This document shows, piece by piece, positions 1 through 12,981 of a DNA stretch of 64,000 bases (positions are counted from its first letter, which is position 1; each line of letters starts with the position of its first letter). The DNA is taken from assembly GCA_010909165.1 (NCBI GenBank), contig VJWM01000204.1, positions 248,001 through 312,000 of the forward strand, in the 5' to 3' direction. The DNA is from Anthoceros angustus (Eukaryota > Plantae > Anthocerotophyta). Under the pieces are notes generated by a model. The model saw only the letters and a program-made list of their open reading frames with translations, had not been told where the DNA came from and ran no database searches. A program made the translations under genes and the position numbers.

Positions 1-1017
1 ACAGCTTCCAGTTCCGTTCTTCGGGTACGGATAACTTGATAGGTGAAATCATCTAGGTAAGAGCAGCTTTTGGGCAGGGTAGCTTCTTCACCGAGATGTA
101 ATCTGCGTTTCAGTTTCCACAGTGGGTCCACGAATCGATCGCTGCAATTTCTGCTCGCTTGTTCAAATGCCCGAGCAAAGGGGACATCCGGCAAATGAGG
201 TGACAGGCTTCCCACATCCACCCCAAACGCAACTTTACAGATGGAATCCAGGGTCAGGCGCAAGAACAGGTCCTGGACACAATGAAGTCAAAACCTGAAG
301 GTTGAACCCTGACTCAGCCAAACGGCAAAATCCCCTTCAGTGCAGACAATCGGTGAGCATGTGGGTCACCTGCATCTCCAGAGATTTGTGGTCGAAGCAA
401 GCGCGGGTGACCAAAGAGGCAAGAGCGAGCGAATTGCTTCGGTGCACAACTGAGCTGAAATCACGAAGGACCTTGGATGAAAACTCGAAGCTGGCTGTCT
501 TCCGTTGCTTCTTCCACATCTCCCCATCCGTATTGAAGATGCCATCTCCCAGCAAAGGTTCCATCATCGTGTGGAAGGCTTCCCCCTACCCTGACATCAA
601 ATGTTTTCATTGCCTACAAGGTAACGCACATACATGTTGAGTAGTCCCTCACAGCTGTTGCTAGCAGGTGGTGTGTACCTTGGGGTAGTTGGGGAAGTTG
701 GTCTTGAGAATATGCTCACAGACGGCGGGATCAGCTGTAAACAGGTAGGTCTGGCCTCCCACGCGGGCTGAGAAGGTGAGGCTAGTTCCGGTGACCATGT
801 AGTCTGTAACCCAGTCATACATCCTCTCAAAGTTGTAGTACATCTCAAACATTGAGCCAAAAATGGGCCAACACTTGGGACCTGATGGCATCGAACCATC
901 CTGCCGCCGCCTTTGCACGACAACCAACAGGATGGTGCAGAAGAGAAGCAACAGGGCACTAAAAAACGCCACCCAGACCCCGATTTGATCAGTCCTCCCT
1001 GCATTGTCGACTTCCAT
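1..1017 (-). CDS. Cytochrome P450, CYP86 clan, CYP704B-like; exons 1-3 (1017-679, 585-370, 272-<1), continues beyond the window
   Basis: N-terminal TM anchor and [23 protein letters not shown]|[29 protein letters not shown] and [17 protein letters not shown]...RFVDPLWK are CYP704-type motifs. Introns 678-586 and 369-273 are GT-AG and keep the frame. Confidence 0.88.
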
Positions 1018-1959
1018 GTCGCAGACCTGCTCGTGACACAAACCAGATCAGTTATCCCTCAGCAGCAGCCCAATTCATCCCTCGAATGCAGACCAACTAC
1101 CCGGAGCTGCAGCTTAAGTATCCCAGGGGGCTTCAGTTCAACTCCTGCAGCTCACTTCTCACCTTCCTAAGTTCCTAGCTCATCACCATCGCTGACCGCG
1201 GTTGACGTCAGCACTTGGAATCTCTCTTTCATTATCTCTTCTATATGTTCCATCTTTCGACGTCTTCCTACAAGTAGATATCTGTGTCCTCCCCTGGACA
1301 GCAAATCGTGTCCATTCATTGCTTTTCACGGTCCCTTTTGCAGAAATTAAGCTAAGTTGCCAACCACTTAATCAGGCCTGCAAAAAAGGACACAGCTCCT
1401 GGCCACTCCACACTACACATGGTGCAGTGCCACACAAGAGGCCCCACTTCGCAGACTGCATCCATACATATGGATGCGACATACATACATATATGATGCG
1501 ACATGCTCCAGCCGGCACCGGAGCAGCAGTGGAGACCAGGTGCTTCCTCCATGCCTTGCGAGACAGGACCGAGTCCGGAATAAGAGCACCATAACCTGCT
1601 CACACCTGGTCTCAGAAGACTGCACATCTCAGGCAATTCAAATATCCATGCATGTAAGTAACTATGATGTACTAATGGAACAAAAGATCCCTGCATGTTC
1701 TTGATTGAATCTCCAGCTACCTAACCTTCACGAAATGCTGCAAGTCCCTTGCGTTATTTCACCTGATGACTGTAAGCCACGCACATTTTGTTGCTCTGAT
1801 GGTGAGAATCTCATGTGTAGTACGCATTCTTGATGTGGTCGAAGATTTTTCTTCAAGGGTGAAACAAGGATCAGCCCAGATCGTGTGGTCAGTTTATTCG
1901 ACACAAGTTTCCGACGCCAGAAACTGGCAGTACATAGCTATGTACATATACTGAGCATT

Positions 1960-2160
1960 GATGATGACATTGACATCATGTACGAGAACTGTGGGAGCAT
2001 GGTTCATGCACAGCCGGTGTTTGATGCGTTGCCTCAAACAGATGTCGTCACCTGGCGTGCACTGATTGCTGGTTACACCTGACAAGGAGACAGTAGTGCA
2101 GTGGTCTGTAAATTGCTTCGGAGACGATGGCATGCGGCCAGTCAACATTACATTTCTCAG
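1960..2160 (+). pseudogene. Single degenerate PLS-PPR motif in the GLP 3' flank
   Basis: MYENCGSMVHAQPVFDALPQTDVVTWRALIAGY; the same remnant recurs at ~39140-39370 (-) and ~62700-62900 (+). Confidence 0.7.
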
Positions 2161-2273
2161 TGTACTACAGGTATTCTGAAGCCAGAAACTGCCGGTACAT
2201 AGCTATGAATTTCGGCAGGCCCTAAGCCTGCAGGGTCTACCCTGGACAGTTTCAGGAACGATGTGCGGTAAAC

Positions 2274-2956
2274 TTAGGAGGAATCCACAAATTGGGCGAA
2301 GATGGAGTGTAATTGCTCCACCTCCTTTCCGCTGATGAAGAAAGACTTGGCCAGCAGCTCCGTTTTGATTCCTGACCCGAACAGCGAGAGTGGCATGAGC
2401 TGGAGGCCCGGGTTCTGGCTGTTGAGCACATTGAGGCTGGCGGCGTGCGTTGTGCCCACATTGAGCTGGAAGTGGAGCAAGCCTCTGGGAAGATGAAGGC
2501 CTCGCCCTTCTTCACCACCTTGGCGTACAGCTTGTTGCTGTTGGAGACGAAGCCGGTGTAAATCTCCCCTTCGAGGCAGAAAAGAATCTCGGTAGCCAGG
2601 TTGTGGGTGTGGGGCATAACGACACCGCCCGGCGCCAGGTCCAGGCGCGCCAGCGACAGACCCAGCGTGTTGAGAGCAGGCCAGTCGCTCACGAAGCCGG
2701 GAGTGGCGGTGCCGTTCAATGGGTTGCCCGTGAGGTTGGCCGGCTTGCCCAGTTTAGCGAAGGCGAAATCTTCTGCTGTCACGCTGTCCGCCGGCCTGCA
2801 GGGGTAGCCGTTGATGGTCGCTCCCTTGGACAAATCGGCGACGCAAAAGTCCTGCAGAGGGTCGGGATCGCTGGCAGTGACCGCAATCGCAAGCAACAGC
2901 CCTGCGATCGCAGCCACAGCACCCATAAACTGGATTGTCTTGGACACGGCCGCCAT
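2274..2956 (-). CDS. Germin-like protein copy 1 (subtype A); one -1 frameshift in a G run at ~2488
   Basis: Signal peptide, box A QDFCVAD, box B GGVVMPHTHNLATEILFCLEG and box C FPRGLLHFQ. ORFs 2252..2956 and 2274..2480 join if one base is restored. Confidence 0.88.
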
Positions 2957-3502
2957 TGCTGATCAATGAGATGTATGGATGGGTGACGAGCTCGTACGGG
3001 CAAGTGAGGGAACGAGGGCTGTTCACTGGAGAAAGCAACTGACCGCAGCTACAACTTTGCAAGCTCGATGTGGATGGGTGGAGATGATGAAGGCAGAGGA
3101 GGAGGCAGCCTCTCTTTATTGCTGCCAAGCTCGCTGGTGTGGAAGTTGCAACCATGTTCGTGCCTGCAGGTCCTGTGCACAGAGGGATAGTCCCAGGAAA
3201 TGGCAGGCAAGCTGCTCAGAAGATGTTGGGTCTAATTGTTACGCGTGACATTTGCGACTGGAGAGAGGCGAGTCATCACGCGTCACGTTGCTTAGCATAG
3301 TATGTAGCCTGCACGGGAAGAAGACTAAAGGAACCGACGCAGTGATTGACTACCTATCCATAATTCACGATTTCGTGCTTTTCAAGCTTTCCACTTAGAA
3401 GAAAAGAAGAAGAAGAATTTTGTTTAGGTCTACTAAGGACGAATTTTTGTCATGGCACTTGGGTACTTGAACCATGTTGTGCCTAAGCTACTAGCATCAA
3501 GA

Positions 3503-4040
3503 AGTCCCGACTTGATCTATACTCGGAATTCTAGCAATCGATACTCGGGACTCTAGCAGTCCCGACTTGATCTATACTCGGGACTCTAGCAGTCCCGACT
3601 TCATCCATACTCGGGACTCTAGCAATCCCGACTTTATCCATACTCAGGACTCTAGTAGTCCCGACTTCATCCATACTCGGGATTCTAGTAGTCCCGACTT
3701 GATCCATACTCGGGACTCTAGCAGACCCGACTTGATCCATACCGGACTCTAGCCCCGACTTGATCCATACTCGGACTCTAGCCCGACTTCATCCATACTC
3801 GGTACTCTAGCAGTCCCGACTTCATCCATACTCGGTACTCTAGCAGTCCCGACTTCATCCATACTCGGGACTCTAGTAGTCCCGACTTCATCCATACTTG
3901 GGACTCTAGCAGTCCCGACTTCATCCATACTCGGGATTCTAGTAGTCCCGACTTGATCCAAACTCGGGACTCTAGCAGTCCCAACCTGACCCATACTCGG
4001 GACGCTAGCAATCCCGACTTGACCCATGCCGGGACTGCTA
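3503..4040. repeat. 33-bp minisatellite, about 16 units, with a palindromic core GGGACT-CTAGC-AGTCCC
   Basis: Unit ACTCGGGACTCTAGCAGTCCCGACTTCATCCAT; produces the 11-aa periodic ORFs 3531..3740 and 3749..4108. Confidence 0.95.
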
Positions 4041-5961
4041 ACTAGCTTCAAGAAGTCTAGGATGAAATTTTTTCTATCATAGCACTTGGATAAAATTTTT
4101 CCTATCATGGCGCTTGGGTACTTGACAACTTATACCATGGTGTGCCTAAGCTACTTATACCAAGGGCATGTACTCCCTCTAGACACCCCATCTGAATATC
4201 GATGAAAGCACAGGATGCTTAACCCCATATGACGAAGCTATTCAAAACAAGTCTTTGATGATACATATCACTCCATACATTTATTTTTACCCATATTTTG
4301 AACTCACCAACCTTGAGCATACATTACAGTGGCCTGGTTTTTTAATAGCACGTTTCTCATAAAAATTAAAAAATTAAAAGAGTACCTCAAAATCCAACCT
4401 CTACCTTGAAGATTTCAACAAATGCTTTGATAAAACCCATACTAGTTTATACGTGGTCACCTATAACTAGGAGTTCCCTGCCTCATTCCAACCCGGCCAT
4501 CGCAGCACGCTATCCACGATTTTATGTGCGTTCATATGGGTGCATGTATGAGAAACGCAATTTTCATGTACCCACGGTTGGGGCCCTTGCAAGGTTCTGG
4601 GCCCTTGTGAAAATTCCTTAGTAATGAAATGTGACTTTTTGACTCTATTTTTTTTCACACACCCAGAGGACAGTGCTGGGTGTACATGGAAATGGTTGCT
4701 CAAAAAACCGTGGACTCTAGCATCCTAAGCAACAAAAGATTCCACCCGGAAACCAAGAAATGAGGCTCTAAAAAAATTACATGGATTTGGTACAAGAACT
4801 TACACACATTAGAATAGTGAGTGATATATATCATTTTGAAGGGAATGATAAGTTCTTAATTATGGTGTTAGCGAAAAAAAAGAAACAATTAACATGCCCT
4901 CTGAAAAAATACAATGAATATTTGAGCAGAAAAATCGCAAAAAAGCCCCTTGTCATTATGAGGTTAGCAAGCATGTTCTTATAAATGTGTGTCCATTGGG
5001 CATAAGCCATTTGAACACATAGCTGGCAGCTGTCAACGTTGATGGTGGGGTTCGGAAACCAACCAAGGAGAAGAAAGGCCGGTAGGTGGAGTTGAGCTCT
5101 GTTGGGCAATGCCCGCGCCCAAAGACCAACATGTTAATTTGGCCCTCCTGTCGTCAAGGGTCAATAAATCTGTCCAACTTTCTAAGCTGTACTAGTTACC
5201 TATTAAGTAGTTAATTCACTAACAATTGAGATTAATTTGTAATGATAATATTAATTAATTTTAAATAATAAATATAATTAGTCTTATAATATAACATAAT
5301 TAGCCTTATAGAGTTAATAAAATTAGGGACGGAAAAAAGGATGACAATTTGTAGAGCTTGTATCAGTTGGGATGCAGACGCTGCCCCTTCCTCCTTACTT
5401 AGCCTAGCCTTTTTTTCGCTTACGCTCGCTCGACGATTTTCTATTTGCCATGTGCCGAGTTGCTCCATTCTATCACTCTTTCAAGGCCAAGGATTGCTAC
5501 TCTTGATTCTCTCTCTTACGAAGACTTGGGATCCTTCATAGTTGTCATGGTGTTCTTAGTAGATGCTAAGCCAGTGTAAGATCAAGATGCTCTCAATCCA
5601 TAGCTGTTCCTAGAATCAGAAAGCTCCCATGAATGTCACTTCTCCCCAATCGTCTGCTGTGAGATCCCATATCGCTGCCTCCTAATCCACTCCAATACAA
5701 TGCGATCTGCCACAGTCATCGCACTGATCCGAGCGTCCAGCTCTGTACCAAGACGTGAGTGACATTCCTACGGAGATGGATGACCAGGGGCATGAAGGAG
5801 AACTACTATCATAGAATGCGAGGGAGTCTTGGATTCTTGGGAACGGGTTGAAGTAGCCTACGCCTCTATCTGCACACGTGTTCGAACTGACTCCATTTTT
5901 TGACTAAAGTTATTTGACTCTGTTTAATTGACCCTAGGTTAGTCTCTACATGCCTACATAC

Positions 5962-8273
5962 AACATCATAATTTCTGAAGGGGGGATATATACCTGATGG
6001 GGGTTTAATGGCTTTTATCCTTTGAAGAGGGTTTCTGATGGGTCTAAAACTAGCCTATTGTAACATGCTCTAAAACTTTATCACAAAATCATGGTATCAT
6101 ACCATTGGTTGCATTGTTTTCATGGGCGGCAGAGGCATGTGAAGGGTTTAGGCTTTCCACAACACATCGATTTGCGGCATAATTGAACCCATGTAATTGA
6201 CCATTCCTGCCGATGTTACACATGTAAATACTGCCCTTCAATTAGGGCACTATGTAAAAATACCAAAAAAAGACACTGAGTAGCGGTTTATATATTACAT
6301 ATTGGGCGGATTCTTGAGTGTGCGGGAAAAGGCTGCCGGCCGGTCGGCGCCCTTTCCCTGCATACCCAGGGTTTGGGGTTTAGGTCAAATTTCCTGGTCG
6401 TCATTCTCACTTCCTACGCATAGTTTGTGCAATGTCCTTCGCCTATGTGGTAGAGTATACAACGACATTGGATTCCAAATTGATATGCAAGCACCTTCAT
6501 TCTAATTTTTTTACAATCACCCACATGGTTGTCACCAGTGACCGAATACCGCTAGCCCTTGTCACAAGGTCCCGTTTCCCTTTGCATTCCACTACTTTAG
6601 TCCAGGTGGGGCAGCACGAAGTCCTTCGAAGCAAATGACCGCCCTCTGTGGAGAGCACAAAGGCCATGTACTTCATGTACTCCATGTACTCCATGTACTT
6701 CAAGAGCCAAGTTAGCCAAATCAAGAGCCATTGCCTTAAAACATTTTTAAACATACGGAGTAAATAGGACTAGTTCCCCTTAAAACCAGGGCCTAAAAGT
6801 TTTGTCCCCTCACGCATCTATCTACACGGTAGTCTCAAAGTAATGCTATGCCCCACATTTTGGTAGGTACCTGAATATGCTCATATATTCTTCGAGAACG
6901 AAGGTGCACATAGTACAGCACGAATGAATGAATGAAATGGGTTCATAGGTTTTTTGGAAAATAGGTACAACTGTGGCATGAGAGAAGAGTTTCAAAATAC
7001 GCATCCATGAAGAGGACACTGGCCAGCCGACGCCCTTCCCATGCACGCCCTACCCATGGGCGCTGGATGACTAGCGCCCTTCCCATGCACGCCCTGCCCA
7101 TGGGCACCGGCCGACCGGCGCCCTTCCCATGCACGCCCTAGGGGCCCATGGGCACCGCCAACCGCCTTCCCCAAGACGCCGCCCATGGCGCCGGCCGGCA
7201 CCTCCCCAAAGATGTTCGCCATGGGCGCCCGGCCGGCGCCTCGACGCCCGCCCATGGGCACCGGCACCTCCCCACCGCCCATGTGCGTTGGGCGGCGCCT
7301 CCTCATGCATGCACTCCCCATGGGCGCCGGCCGGCTAGCGCCCTTCCCATGCATGTCCTCCTCATGGGCCGCCTTTTATAAAATAAATTATTAGCGGTTC
7401 AAGAACTTTGCAACTTGGAATAGTTATTTAAGTGGTTGGAAAAAAAAGAAATAGAAACAAGTAGGTCTTGAGTTCAAAACTTCTACCATTTTAATAAACC
7501 AACTTTGTTGACTTTAAGGACGTCCATGCCAACCAACTTTGTTGACTTTAAGGACGCCCATGCCAACCAACTTTGTTGACTTTAAGGACGCTGGCATGGG
7601 CGCATTGCCTTAAAGCCCAAGTGATTGCATTAAGTGCCAGAAGGTTGAAGACCACAACCGGCGAGCTTTTGGATGAGGGTCAGCAGACCCTAAATGCTGT
7701 GTGGCAGTCGACACCATTTGAAGCTGAGCTCAAGAATGATACTAATGAATACGAGCAAGCATTGGAGGAGAATGACAGCTTTGACGCGGAGGATATGGAC
7801 CACCTTCAGAATTTGGCGATGGTCCGTGACTCAATATCGGCGCAAGGCATAGATGAGTTGCCAGGCCGCCCTCTTGAATGATTATTGTTCATGCTGATGA
7901 CCATTTCCTCCTTTAGCAGTTGTTTGTTGGAAGGTTTTCACGAATACTGAAATGAGAGTCTCGCAAGTACAGGCATGATTTTTATTGTGTTCCACCACTT
8001 GAAAAGTAAATGTTTTCGGTTGTAATAAACAGATGCAAACGGCAGCCCTCTGTGCATTCTACAAAAATGCAAACGGGCCCGCGCCCTACTGTGCTCTAGT
8101 TCTGGAGTGTAGATTTGAAAGTGCATCTTTCATCAAAGATATGGACTCACAAAGAGTGTGCCCTTTATCATAGCTTGGCAAATCTATTATTGTACGAAGG
8201 GTGTAAAATGTGTCAAGGGGGTGCTGTTTCGACCGAAGGCGGTTGCTATATCCCCCCCTTCAGAATTGATGTT
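5962..8273. mobile_element. Non-autonomous TIR DNA transposon, family unclassified
   Basis: Left end AACATCATAATTTCTGAAGGGGGGATATATACC; reverse complement of the right end AACATCAATTCTGAAGGGGGGGATATAGCAACC. ATAC is present on both flanks. Confidence 0.7.
7020..7372. repeat. GC-rich imperfect repeat array (CCCATGGGC / GGCCGGCGCCCTTCCCATGCAC) inside the TIR element
   Basis: Recurring CCATGG-centred motifs read directly from the sequence. Confidence 0.85.
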
Positions 8274-9569
8274 ATACAGTTGACCTCCTAAGTAACTACC
8301 CTTGTGCTTATGGCTATATCCTACGCTGCCACAACCCTCTGGCCAGAGATCAGCTAGCTCAATGCTATGTCCATTTTAGCTTCGCCATCGACAATATCCT
8401 TTACGGATGAAGCTTGCTCAATCCACCGTGACATCTCACATGTCTTACTCCTCTACAATATTCATGTGCATTAACTCATGGTCTACTGTTACCCTTACGG
8501 AATTTTCTCCTCAATTTTAATCTTTTTTGGAACTATTGGTAATTGGTGAGCTCCCTTTCTTAACATGAGTATCGCTCCTAAATTTTTCTTATATAATGTT
8601 CATGTCATTCTCCGGCTAACTTCATAGGTTGTAAACATGCTCTTGATATTATTGATTTCCAAGTCTGTCTTGATTTCTAGGTAACATTGTGGCTAGCTAC
8701 ACTCTTATCCACATCTTTGTGACAAGATACATTCTTATTCTCATCTTCTGCTTTAACTTTCAAGTCTTTCATGACATTTTGATCATCATCTTTAACTTTG
8801 ACAATTGTCCACATAGTGTCAATAACAAAGATTACGTAAAATGTCCATAACAAAGCTTACGTAAAAAAGGAAAAGCATATCAGGTGATAGAAATAACTAA
8901 TGACCAAACAATTGTAATGAAAAACTAATACAAAAACAATGCTATAAGACCTTTCTTATAGTTACATTTGGGCTCCGCAAATATTATGAGTAGTATGGCG
9001 TATTTCAATTCAATTTTTGAGAGAATTGTCTCGCGTAGAAGGAGAAATGTAGGCATGAGAGTTTAGCGCATTCATATATTGGGATAACAAATGCACAATC
9101 TTAGACCAATCATCTTCTAGGTGTATGATGCGGGAACCATACCCAACAATTTAAGGTTTTGATGGGAAACAAATCAAATCATATAAATTGATTGAAAACT
9201 GATATAGTGTGCACGGTGGATGTAGGAAAAAGTGTAAGACTAGAATCCTAAGTGCGTAACATGTGTCCTAGAAATGGCAGATGTAGGAAAAGAGTGTTAA
9301 GACTAAAATCCTAAGTGCGCACCATGTGTACATGTCCGAGAGAACGTAGAAGTTGTTGCACGAGGTAAGCACAATACATTCATATGAGCACTTCCTCAAC
9401 AGACAATCAAGCAAAACAAATCTAATACGCAGCTGCGTATAGGTGCAAACCAATAAACAATGCTAGGGAGTAGCTCGCACGACGTGACACAAACACACTC
9501 TCCCCACGAGAATAATACGCAAATTCCTCACACATTGCTCTCGGAGTCATAACTTTGGCCTCTTCATAA

Positions 9570-9780
9570 TAGTCTTGCATTGCATATCTAGAGGGTCTCC
9601 TCACAACACTGTTACATTGCATATCTATAGGGCCTTCTCACAACAGTCTTGCATTGCATATCTAGAGGATCTCCTCATAACACTGTTGCATTGCATATCT
9701 ATAGGGCCTCCTCACAACAGTCTTGCATTGCATATCTAGAGGGTCTCCTCACAACACTGTTGCATTGCACATCTAGAGGA
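9570..9780. repeat. ~37-bp tandem repeat, about 6 units
   Basis: TTGCATTGCATATCTAGAGGGTCTCCTCACAACA recurring. Confidence 0.85.
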
Positions 9781-10934
9781 TAAGCTATGATCTGAGCTTG
9801 TCCTCTGTGAAAGGGTCTACATATACTAGCCCTTGGCATTGGCATATTTCTAAGATATCCTATTGGCATCAACATATGCCGGAAATATCCTAAGAATACA
9901 CTATAATATGCAAGGAATATGCTGAAGCATATTACTTGAATGTGCTTAGCCACTTAGCTTGAACGATCTTGTCTAAGGGACTTCTTTTCTCACATGCTTA
10001 CGGGCTTTTCTCTTACGACTTTGCTTCTAACAACTCGACAAACATGGGTCCTGGGTTCGCTGGCCCACGGCTTCACCTCAGGTCTTCCAGAATCGCCTAA
10101 CTTCTACGAAGTAAAGACACTATAACGACAATATCTCAACAACGCAGCCCCACTACCTCTTTCTCAACCGTCAACTAACTCTACTCTCAATAAACTCACG
10201 AGTCGCTCTTTCGGCACAACTGCCTAGAGTGACCGATTTGATGAACGTTTCACTTGGGCCGGCAGCCCTGTGGTTGCTCTTAACGTGAGCGTCCTTGGGT
10301 TTGAAAGCTTTCCAAGGTCATCTTCCGATGAATCTCTAGTGTTAGTGCCTTGCAAGATGCCACTAAGCAAAAGCACACAACAACCACAAGATGCAACCTT
10401 CCACAAGGGAAAGGGTTTGGCCGAAGGGCGGGCGCGCGCCTTCCTCTCAGCTCAGCATTTCTGATCAACCTCGTTCTCCACCACCGCTGTGTCGTTTGGC
10501 GGACGACAGTCGGATGCGCACACAACCACAGCTGCAAAGGTGTGCACAACTATGGAGGAGAACTGCAAGGATTGATAATTGAACTGTTTACATTGCTCCC
10601 CTTTTATAGGTGGAGTGGACGTCTCGAAATGCGCGCGTCTTAAATGTAAAATGACCCTCCGGATTCCATGAAGGAATTTGTGATTGGTTGGCAGTCCGGT
10701 CTCTTGACCCCTCAGGGTAAGGTCCAGCTCACTACTGCCACATCTTCCCGGTCATCCCATGTTTAATTAACACTAATCAATGCTTAATTAACATAAACAC
10801 TTTAGATCAATTAATACTAATTACTTACTTAAATATAAGTTTAGGGTTTAGAGTTTAGGGTAAACACTAAACCCAAGTGCATAGATTAGTAACTCTAAAC
10901 CCAAGTGCATAGATTAGTGTCACACTGCATGACA

Positions 10935-11065
10935 AAGTTGAGTTCTTGTTTCGGTCCAGAAGAACGTAGAAGTTGAGTTCTCGTTTGGGTCCAGAAGAAC
11001 GTAGAAGCAGAGTTCTTGCCAGGCACTTGGGTCCAGAAGAACGTAGAAGCTGAGTTCTTGCCAGA
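10935..11065. repeat. Short tandem repeat GAGTTCTTG...GGTCCAGAAGAACGTAGAAG, about 3.5 units
   Basis: Read directly from the sequence. Confidence 0.8.
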
Positions 11066-11839
11066 CAAGCCCATCATACCAATCCTACACTCAATCAAGA
11101 GCCTGATCCACTCTAGATCACTCTAACCGACAAGACACCAGCTCCAAGTTGAACCATTGAATTTGCTCGAAAGTGCCCGTCATTCTCCCACTATCACCAA
11201 ACCTAGGATTCTTATTGTTTTGCTATAAACGAGTCTCATTGGTTCCAACACCATACCTCTCAAGGGGGTTAATCGTATAGCTCCAATGAACTCATGAGTA
11301 TTTGGGCAATTTCATATTCATCCTAATCAAGGTTTTGTCAACTCTTCGTATTAGAATGACAATGACATATAACAGTGATAGCCAAGGTTCCCACCATGGT
11401 ACAAGCTGTGAAGTACCCAAGTGCCATAACGAAAATTCGTCCTTAGTAGACCTAAACACAATTCTTCTTTTCTTTTCTTCTAAGTGGAAAGATTCAAAAG
11501 CGCAAAATCGTGAATTATGAATAGGTAGTCAATCACTGCGCCGGTTCCTTTTAGTCTTCTTCCCGTGCAGGCTACATACTTTGCTAAGAAACGTGAAGTG
11601 TGATGACTCGTCTCTCTCCAATCGCAAATGTCACGCGCAACAATTAGACCCACAAAGCATCTTCGACTTGCCTTCCATTTCCTGACTATTCCTCCTGCAC
11701 GGACCTGCACTGCAGCACAAACATGGTTGCAACTTCCACACCAGTGAGCTTGGCAGCAATGAAGAGAGGCTTGCCTCCTCCTCTGCCTTCATCATCTCCA
11801 CCCATCCACATCAAGCTTGCAAAGTTGTAGCTGCGGTCA

Positions 11840-12243
11840 ATGGATGATTATACGTCATCTTCGTGTCGGGTCTCACAGTCTTAGGATTGAGACGGATAGA
11901 TGGCTACGTCCTGACTCCTCTTTGGGCTTCCTTCTTTCAAACACCGGCCTCCAGGCATGGAAGGCTGAGACCATCTCTATCCCCTCCAGCAACTTGGCAT
12001 GGTCAAAAATGTGGATTAAGAAGGGAGATAGGGCTGAGGGGCTGGGTGACGGTAGGGTCAAATGGTCCCTCTCCCTGCATGCTGTGTCATAGAACATCCT
12101 AGCCCAATCTATCTTGGACCCTCTCACCACCTCATAGAGAAAGACAAGGAAATGGTCACCAACAAATTAGACCCTGAGCTGGCCGGATTAGCCAAGTGGA
12201 TCCTGTGCTCTCAGCTCACTAAGAAGCTAGAGCACATTGCTGA
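11840..12243 (+). mobile_element. LINE-derived fragment inserted in the 5' flank of GLP copy 2
   Basis: IIRHLRVGSHSLRIETDRW resembles the C-terminal RxSSHxLxIETGRW motif of non-LTR ORF2. The segment is absent from the homologous flanks at 3020-3050 and 36350-36380. Confidence 0.65.
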
Positions 12244-12308
12244 CAGCCCTCGTTCCCTCTCTTGCCCATACGAGCTCGTCACCCATCCATACATCTCATT
12301 GATCAGCA

Positions 12309-12981
12309 GTGGTGGCCGTGTCCAAGACAATCCAGTTTGTGGGTGCTGTGGCTGCGATCGCAGGGCTGCTGCTTGCGATTGCGGTCACTGCCAGCGATCC
12401 CGACCCTCTGCAGGACTTTTGCGTGGCCGATTTGTCCAAGGGAGCGACCATCAACGGCTACCCCTGCAGGCCGGCGGACAACGTGACAGCAGAAGATTTC
12501 GCCTTCGCTAAACTGGGCCAACCTCACGGGCAACAAATTGAATGGCACCGCCACTCCCGGCTTCGTGAGCGACTGGCCTGCTCTCAACACGCTGGGCCTG
12601 TCGCTGGCGCGCCTGGACCTGGCGCCGGGCGGTGTCGTTGTGCCCCACACCCACAACCTGGCCACCGAGATTCTTTTCTGCCTCGAAGGGGAGATTTACA
12701 CGGGCTTCGTCTCCAACAGCAACAAGCTGTACGCCAAGGTGGTGAAGAAGGGCGAGGCCTTCATCTTCCCCAGAGGGTTGCTCCACTTCCAGCTCAATGT
12801 GGGCACAACGCACGCCGCCAGCCTCAATGTGCTCAACAGCCAAAACCCGGGCCTCCAGCTCATGCCACTCTCGCTGTTCGGGTCGGGAATCAAAACGGAG
12901 CTGCTGGCCAAGTCCTTCTTCATCAGCGGAAAGGAGGTGGAGCAATTGCACTCCATCTTCGCCCAATTTGTGCATTCCTAA
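12309..12981 (+). pseudogene. Germin-like protein copy 2 (subtype A), pseudogene
   Basis: Start codon is GTG where siblings have ATG; 8-bp deletion (AAGCCGGC) at ~12517; LINE insertion in the promoter; germin boxes A, B and C present. Confidence 0.85.

Noticed and set aside
3503-4040. CRISPR-like array of palindromic 33-bp repeats
   Set aside because: Units are contiguous with no unique spacers, there are no cas genes, and the context is eukaryotic. The 11-aa repeat ORFs are a by-product.
6992-7394. Overlapping G/A/P/R-rich ORFs on both strands (also 57104-57666)
   Set aside because: These come from stop-poor GC-rich repeats and show no protein motif.
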